Source of the DNA: Phoronis australis
Taxonomy: Eukaryota; Animalia; Phoronida
Direction: 5' to 3'
DNA length: 64,000 nucleotides
NCBI GenBank assembly: GCA_002633005.1
Contig: NMRA01000138.1
Coordinates: 679,963-743,962 of the forward strand
Shown: in pieces, positions 52,501-60,862 of the stretch
How the letters are laid out: each line of letters opens with the position of its first letter
How positions within the stretch are numbered: position 1 is the stretch's first letter
Program-made: the position numbers and the translations under genes
Notes under the pieces: generated by a model
Seen by the model: the letters and a program-made list of their open reading frames with translations, nothing else
Databases searched by the model: none
Told to the model about the DNA's origin: nothing

Positions 52501-55500
52501 CTAGTGTTGTGGAGGACATGACACAACCGGAGCCAACTGCTGTAGAAGACGAGGTAGCGAGAGTGTTGAGGCTTGGTTACCACTCAGTGTTCCTAACCCA
52601 TGCACTCCCTCCCTTTATTGATGTTTCTATTGTATAGATAATCAAGATTATGTTCCTTACCAGCACGTTTGCCCACAGCATAGTTCTCAGTTCCACTGTG
52701 TGACCGCACCAAATCACCACTAATACAATGTAACCTAGAGCCGTATGGTAGCTGTCTTGTTTTCTTTTGATGTCAAAAGCACATGACAACGTTTAAATCA
52801 GACCACTTAACCCATGTATAAAACTGGCTTCATCATGTAACTTTTAGACTTAATATCAAAACACATAGATTGGGATTGGGAAACTAACAAATTGTTGTTG
52901 AAGACCCCAAACTAATTTTGTGTGCCAAAAACAATATGGCTGTCATTTGAATGGGAAAAGACTAGTTCCATAATCAAACAATGAGTAGTGCTTTGCAGCT
53001 TTGATTGTGACTTAATTGTCTGTTGGTTGTCCGCTGGGTTAGAATTACAATTGCTCTAGGTTGTACACCCTGTTACTCAGCTTTAACAAGTTAATTTGTA
53101 ATCACCCAGTTGTGATTAATCTCAGTCACAATCACATGTTATGCTCTACCCTGCAAGTCAGTTTGAACACTGACGTAGTGCCCAACTTACTTGTGCTGAA
53201 GATACACTCAGTATTGCAGTAACAGAAAGGAAGGACAGAGTTGTACTTGTATCAAGTTATGGAATGTTTCAGCTCTGAGCTGGAAATTTTCTGCTTTAAC
53301 CCAACTTCCCAGTTGTTGTGATGGCCACCATTACCTACAATCCCTCTAATGTTGTGCTGTGTTGTATTTTGATAACATCATTTAGGACAATGCACTTGGG
53401 TCATATAGTTATCACTGGTGATCATTTATATCAGTATTATGTGTTCTGTTGATTTGTTACATGTAAATGACTTGTGCTGTTACAAATGTTATTGCGTGAC
53501 CAAAAGGTGGTACAGGAGAGACAATGATACTTAGTGCATGCATTGATTTGTTTCCTTTTTATCTACTTTTAATTGCTGAATATACTCAAAAGTGTTACTT
53601 TCGTATCTGTGTAACGTTTTCCACTTTTGTTGACAGTAATTAGATTTTTTGTAACTACGTAGTTTTTGCTTTAATTCGTAATGTTAGTGTTTAATTGATA
53701 AGAAGAATTAATTTATGACTAACACAATCATGTGTAGTTATGGATGTTCAGTATTTTTCCTTGGTTTTTTGGTTTGTTGTAGCAGACGTTAACACAGTTG
53801 TTTCTATTTGTAGGCTGCAGATCTTACACAACGTCTTAGTGACAGCGGAAAGATGTCGGCTGCTGCTGTTGCTGCAGCCAGTGAACAGGTGAGAATGATG
53901 TCAGTTGTGAGAATGATGTCAGTTGTGAGAATGATGTCAGTTGTGAGAATGATGTCAGTTGTTACTCATACATATGTAGGAGAGCTAGTTATACTTGCGT
54001 GACGTTTTACATTTCTGAGAGCTTTCACCAACACAGTATTGAGTCATTCCAGGATTTTTCAGCAATTTTCTGCTGGAACTGTTTGTCTCTATGTGTTTCA
54101 GTCAAATTTTTTCTGGCAATTTTTTCATCTTCTTCATTCAGTTCAGCATGTTCTGCAATTCTCTTTTGTTGGTTGATGGATATTGTTTTCTACTTTCTGC
54201 TGTTCTTTTTACGTTTTAAGTTCTTTTCATGTGATACTTTATCTAGAACAACGAAGATACCATTAATGGCAGACGCAGTAATCTTAGATCTGCACACCCT
54301 CCTTCTGCACGATCACGTCGCCGACTGAGCGTCACATTTCTTGATGATGAACGTCAGAGCTATTCGTCCAAAACAGACAGTGCATTGAGTGTCCTTCAGG
54401 CACTAGATAGCTTGCCGACTGAATTGATGGAAGAAGGCAGGGACACTCTGGAATCCCTGAAGGAGCTGATGATTGAGAGAAATCTTACTGAAAAACAGGT
54501 GAATGCACTGACGGCCATTCGTGGAGTTGTCTCTGCTCACAACGAGGACACTACGGCCATTACAGATGAGCAGTATGCCAGGACCCTCAACATATTTGGT
54601 TTGGCCACTCAGCTGGTGTCTGAGAGCATTCTCCTGGGTTTCGAACCAAGTGGCTTATTCGAGACGTTTGCTAAATTGTCAGCTGACCCTGCCTCAGCAA
54701 TCCATCGTCAGGCATCAGCTACGACCCGCCAATCAGCCATAACTCAAGTGACACGATCTACTTCCACACGTTGGCAGACAACTTTTGGTGAAACATCAGA
54801 CGATACTCAGTCGATGACGTCATCTGCTGTTGACAGGATTCCAGCAGATAGCAGTGACTCACAGCTCAACGGTGGTGACCCCCAACAGAAAGGAACTGAG
54901 GTTGGCAGTGGATTGACAAGAGTGAATCTCACCCCACGTGTGTGGCACTGGCACCATCCCATAATGCTCTTTGTTTGCACGCAATATTGATAACGCTTGT
55001 TTTGGGTGATTTCTAGATTGAACCTAGTGCACTGTCTAATAATCGAGCTTGACCCTGGGTGATTGGGGCACTGTAGTAGTTTTTTATGCGTGTGCTTTTC
55101 ACAGTTTGGTTTACAGGTATTGCACATGTCAGTAGTGTTTATTGTGACTGATTTCAAGTGATCTTGCCTTTACTGTTTAGGATCCTTTAGTTGTTTTATT
55201 TTTTCATGTTCTTGTTCGTATAACTTTTTAACAATCTACTTTATTTTGTTTATTACAGTGATGTCCTATTTTGCCCATACACCTCCATTTTCATTTTTTC
55301 ACATTTAGTACATTCACTCAAGTTTCTTAAGCACTCTCCTTTTTACCTGTACTCCTAGTTTTTGCATGTCTCTCATTCATTTTAGCTCGAAACAGGACTG
55401 ACAGATGTTGAGAAGAACCAGTCGACAAGTGTCAGTCGCCAGTCCAAAGCACCTTCCGAAAGGGCCAATTCAGTAAAAAGCCCCGCATCGGATGCTATCA

Positions 55501-58500
55501 GAAATCTCGACCCTACTGCTGTTACTTCAAACAGGGAATCGAGCCAATCTCTGAGGCCTTTCAGTTTGCCAGGTTTAGAAAATCTGACACCACACGGTGT
55601 CGCTAATGTGCCCACAGAGGGCGACACTGTGGTCATTACTGCCTCATCACCTCAGTCACAGACAGCAGTTCCGTCTGAGGTATTATGCGTCACGTAACAA
55701 GTGAACATGGCTACTAACTCCCAACATTGACACTGACTGCAGTAAACAATGGGCTTTTATCAATGCAACTCCAGATAATATTCCCACTTGACATTCAAAC
55801 TTCACTGGACATGCCAAAGCTGCTTCTGTGATGGTGTCCACTGTATTAAATGAGAGCTGCAATTTTTTACTTTGAAATTTGCGTCAATTATTTTTTTAAG
55901 AAAGTTTTCAAGTGACGTGCTGGAGTAGAGTGCTCATTGTTTGCTCTCCTAAGTTGGCTCTTTTCAGCTACAGAGAAAAGTATCCGGCTTGGATAATGAT
56001 CTTAGACGCAGTGTCTATGATAATGATGTGTTTGTAACGGTTGTAACTATGTTGTGATTAACCACAAATTTATGATTTTCTTTTTGTTATTTGCTTTATA
56101 TTTGCAGGCTGCCTTGTATGTAACCTAATTCCTTGTAACAGCAACGTTAACTTGATTGTATTAACGGAATGCATTGGAATGAATGGTTGTGGTAGTTTTA
56201 TGCAGAATTGTAAGCTTTTTATTCGTTTTGCTTTCTTGTTGGTCATTGGTAGAAGAAGAAGATATGTGCAGAAAAAACATTTCTGCAATGTCTCTGTGGA
56301 ACACAAAAATCATTATCGATAAAAAAAGTTTGATCTATGGACTTGTTTCTGCAGATTGTACTTTTGTACTTGCGTTGAGAAGACTTGAAAATCTGTTTAC
56401 TTATGAATTATAGCAACAGACTTGACTTTGTGATGGCTTTCTATTATGTGTGGTGTTAAAAACATACGGGTTGTTCACGATAAGGCTATGGCCTGCCATG
56501 TAGACAGTCTCTGGCCAAATTAAGTTGTCAATATTTAGAAGTACTTCAAGATGATGGTTTAGTCCCCAAATTGCCCACAATGGGACCAAAATCCAGAAAG
56601 TTTCAAGAATTCAATGAAAATTTTCCGCTTGGTTACTTTTTTCCAGTGTACTATCTTTAATTTGAAAATGACAAAGTCGTGACCTTTGTTGTAATTATTG
56701 CTGCTGACTGCCACGTCATGTTCAACTCATGGCCACGTCATGTTCAACTCATGGCCACGTCATGTTCAACTCATGGCCACGTCATGTTCAACTCATGGCC
56801 ACGTCATGTTCAACTCATGGCCACGTCATGTTCAACTCATGGCCACGTCATGTTCAACTCGTATTTGATTAATATGTAACAAAAGCTTTTGCTTTCTAAT
56901 TCACTTCTTTTTTGCTTGTCCTTGATTTTATCTTACTTTTGCAAATGTTTCTTTTCAGCTTGAAGTGACTTCTAGCGTGTCGTCTGCTTTTCTTAGTTAT
57001 GACGATCTGCCCTTTCTACCTACCTCTCCCTTGCCAGACACTTCACACTGTCTGTCTGATTCTGACTCTGAGCTTGGATCTGCAAAATCTCTTGCTAGGA
57101 AACTCTACAAACAAAAATTAGTTGATGATGACACTGAAAAGCATGTATTAGACCCTTGTTCGCACAGATCTGCCTTTGTGAATAGGTTGGCTATTCCGAG
57201 GTCAAAGTCTGTTCGTTTTGCAGAACACCCGGAAATCCACGAGTTCAGTGCCACCCCTGATTTTGCACAAAGATGCACTCCAGCGTTTTCATCTAAACTT
57301 GGGAAAGGCATACCTTTAAATGGCGTTACCTCCAGTTATTATAATGCAGAAGAGACTGCTTTCAGCAAGCCTGACTTTTTAGCTTTTTACGTGGATTATA
57401 TTAAAAAACATGGCAAAAGCAGATTTCGTGGATTCAACTCTTCGGCAGACAGGTTTCCAGCTTTTAAATTTTCCTCCGAAATTAGTTCATCCAAACTAAC
57501 CCGCAATGACCTGTCAATTAATAGCACCCCACTTACCCGCCACTCCGCCCATTTTGGCACTCCATACAGGCTATTCAGAGGAAACAAGGTATTTTATAAG
57601 TGGTAGCAATTCAACTACGTAGACTGTCTAGTAGTCAGAAAAATGTTAGTTAAGCAATGTTGCTTAATTGTGCACGACATGTATTTCCTTGCCAAAATAT
57701 GAATCGGTGTCAATTTGTAAATATACAGTTGCCTTATTTCAAATGAATGCAAAAATTCGAGAAATGAGCTGTTTTTAGTCCTTCTCTATGCTGTTCAAGC
57801 TCAGTAAAAATCTTGTAAAAAATCTGGCAATTTCTTACTTTGAAAACTTTTCTTTCCACTTACACTTCTGTTTTCATGGATTTCATTAAGTTCTTTGTAA
57901 CATATTTGTTTACCCTAACAATCATTGTTTGTAATTTGTAGATTACTGCATGTTATGTCAAGTCTGTGCTTTGTGTATTGAACATTTGTTATGACTGTCA
58001 GTTCAGTAGCTGTCATTAGACTTTGTAAAAATTTGTTGAGTACAAGTTGTTTATTTGAACTTTTTCTTACTTCCTCTGACTGAATTATTAAAAACATGTT
58101 TCTGATTGAATAATTTCTTGGACTATAAGCGGCCCTGCAGTGGTAGAGTTATTTCTGTGTTTTGTGTTCAACAAATACAGGTTATATTGCAACATATTTC
58201 TGTGTTGAAGCATAGTTATCATTTTCTCATGCATTGTTGTCTTTATGCTGCAGATGAGATTAAGTATTCATGGTCAGACAGAGGAAGAAATTCGAATCTC
58301 ATCAGCTGCTAGCCGCACCTCGCTGCGTTCCAAGTACAAGTCATCTCTCAGTGAGAAGCGGGCGGCATTCGATGGCCGACGGTCAAGGTCACCAGCCATA
58401 TCCATCCAGTCACAGGCTTCATTTCATGAGGCTGTTCTGGATGAAAATGGGGATATGCCATTTCCTGAAGATGTCAGAGGTATTGCTTTGTTATGAAGTT

Positions 58501-60823
58501 CATTTGGAATAGCCTAAGTTTTGATGTTTCGTTGTTCTAAATATTTGTTTCATCTTGTCATGATTCTTGTGTGTACCAAAATAGACTATGGAAATTATAA
58601 AGTGAATCACTTAAAAACTCCATTTTGATGAATAAAATGAGACTAGATGTTGGTGAAGCTTATTCAATGTTAACTGAAGACTTCTGAGCTTGTGTAATCA
58701 CCTGTAAATTCAATAAAATTGAAGAAATAATTACTGTAAAATCTCGCCAACCTAGGACTTAGTATGGCAAGCAAGTGAAATTTTATTTCCTCATTTTTTC
58801 CTATTTTCTAAAAAATTGCAAACATTCAAAACAAAATTGAAATCCACGGTAAGTAATTATGGCAATTACCAAACTGTGAAAATGAAAAAAAATTGCAATT
58901 TGTAGAAAAGTAAAGTAAAATAATAAATGTTTGGTAAATGAAACATTTCTAAGTACAAAATAAGTGGAGAGGGGTTATAGCTGTATTGTAACCAGACACC
59001 GAACATCTGGGCATTGATTCACATTCAAACTTCTCCAATAAGTTTACAGTTTCTGATGTGTTTATTAATGTAATTATCAAGGGTTATGAGGTTGGTAAGC
59101 CTTGTTGATATTGCAAAGACATCTCCCTCTACTTAAGGTGATCTAGTCCCAATGAGAACATAACTCTAGCAGTTTACCCAGTTGAAGGCATTATCTTGAT
59201 TGTAGCTTTTAGGTGTATTCATGGCTTGAATAACAATTAGGTTTTATCTACCCTCGAGTCCTGGTTGGCCTTCCGCGAGATGTGAGGAGGACAAAGACTT
59301 GTGGAGATCTGTAGGATAACATTTAGACATCCTTAAGCTGTCTTATAAAGATGTTTTAACATCTAGAATTGATATTTTTTCAGAAATTGGGACTTCCCCG
59401 CCTCCGGGTACTGACAACCGTTTGAAGTCTAGGGAGACCAGCTTTGTTAAACCAAGGTATGAATTACTTTATTGCCAGGTAGAAAGACTAATTCATTATA
59501 TTGTTTGAGTCTACATTTTTTCATTCCTGAATTCTTGTACTTTTCTCTAAAACAGTGGTTATCTTGTCTTGATGTAGAATTAAAGTTTTTAAAAGTTTGT
59601 TTTCTTTTCACCACAAGCTCTCTTCCCTATATTGAGGAGAAGGATGATGCTGTCAGGTAATTTGTTATTCAGTTTTGATAATTACTTGAAAATACTTTTC
59701 ATTATAATTATTTACTATAATTATTCAATTAATTCACTTTTTTATTCTACAATATTAAGTAATCTTTAGTTTTTACCCAAATTCTCTGGCATGGAATGCA
59801 CTTGAAAAGAAGTTGCAAAATGAGCAGTTGCAAAATATTGTTTTTAAATGATGCCTGAGGAGTACAAAACTCATTTTTCCCTCTGAAATAATTTGTTTGA
59901 TATTTTTATTCTGTCAATGGATGCAGCCTAGCACTTTTTGCTTCTTTAGTTTCATCAAATTGTTGCATGAGAATGTATAAGCAAAGTGTTGACTGCACTG
60001 CTTAGTTTTCCTTGTTAAAATTTCTGACTCAGAGTTCATTCTATCAAAGGGTTAAGTCTGGTCGAAGTTAAGACAATCATGGGCTCATTATAATGCAAAC
60101 ATGATGCTGCCTGTGTTTTTAGAAGAGTAAGAATATTGCAGCTGATATTTTTTCATGTCAAGAGTTAACGATTGCCTTGACAAGCCTCGTTCAATTGCTA
60201 ATTAAAATTAATGTCACAACTATCTTGGCTAAAACCAGATGTACAACCTTTGAAAAGATAGACCCATGGTATTTTCATAGCATTTGTTGACAAAGTGAAT
60301 ATTGACAAGTTTTTGTTTCATCTATGCATGGCATCACTCTGCATGACAATTATGTAAATTGTTGATCATGTCCTTACCACCACCACTATAGTGAGGAAGA
60401 CTTAGAGGACTGGTAAATGAGCAGTGCATGTGTTATGCTGTTGTACGCTGTTGTCATTAGTTGAATGCTACTAGTGTCTCAGCTTAGCAATATTGTTTGT
60501 AGTTATGTAGAGCATTCTGACCAACACAGTTTGACACTTGTTTTGAATATGACTGTGGACAGTCTCCTTCATGTCATTATTTTCTTCATTATTGTTGTCA
60601 CCTGCGTCATCATTGTCATCAGCTTCGTCATCATCATCATCATTATCATCGCCATCATCATCATTTTACCATCACCACCATCACCATCATCATCACCACC
60701 ATCACCATCATCATCACCACCATCACCATCATCATCACCATCAGCAGCATCTGCAACACCACCACCACAACCATCACCACCATCATCAGCTTCATTGTCA
60801 TCATCTTCTTCTTGTCATTGCTC

Positions 60824-60862
<39 letters not shown>

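Noticed and set aside
56108-56330. Possible 12-nt exon at 56108-56119 and purine-rich stretch at 56253
   Set aside because: The first has a weak donor and the second reaches an in-frame stop; both are indistinguishable from chance.
47465-57587. Minus-strand ORFs (47465, 52295, 54807, 55382, 57105, 57396)
   Set aside because: Antisense shadows of + strand exons; I could not build a coherent minus-strand spliced gene.
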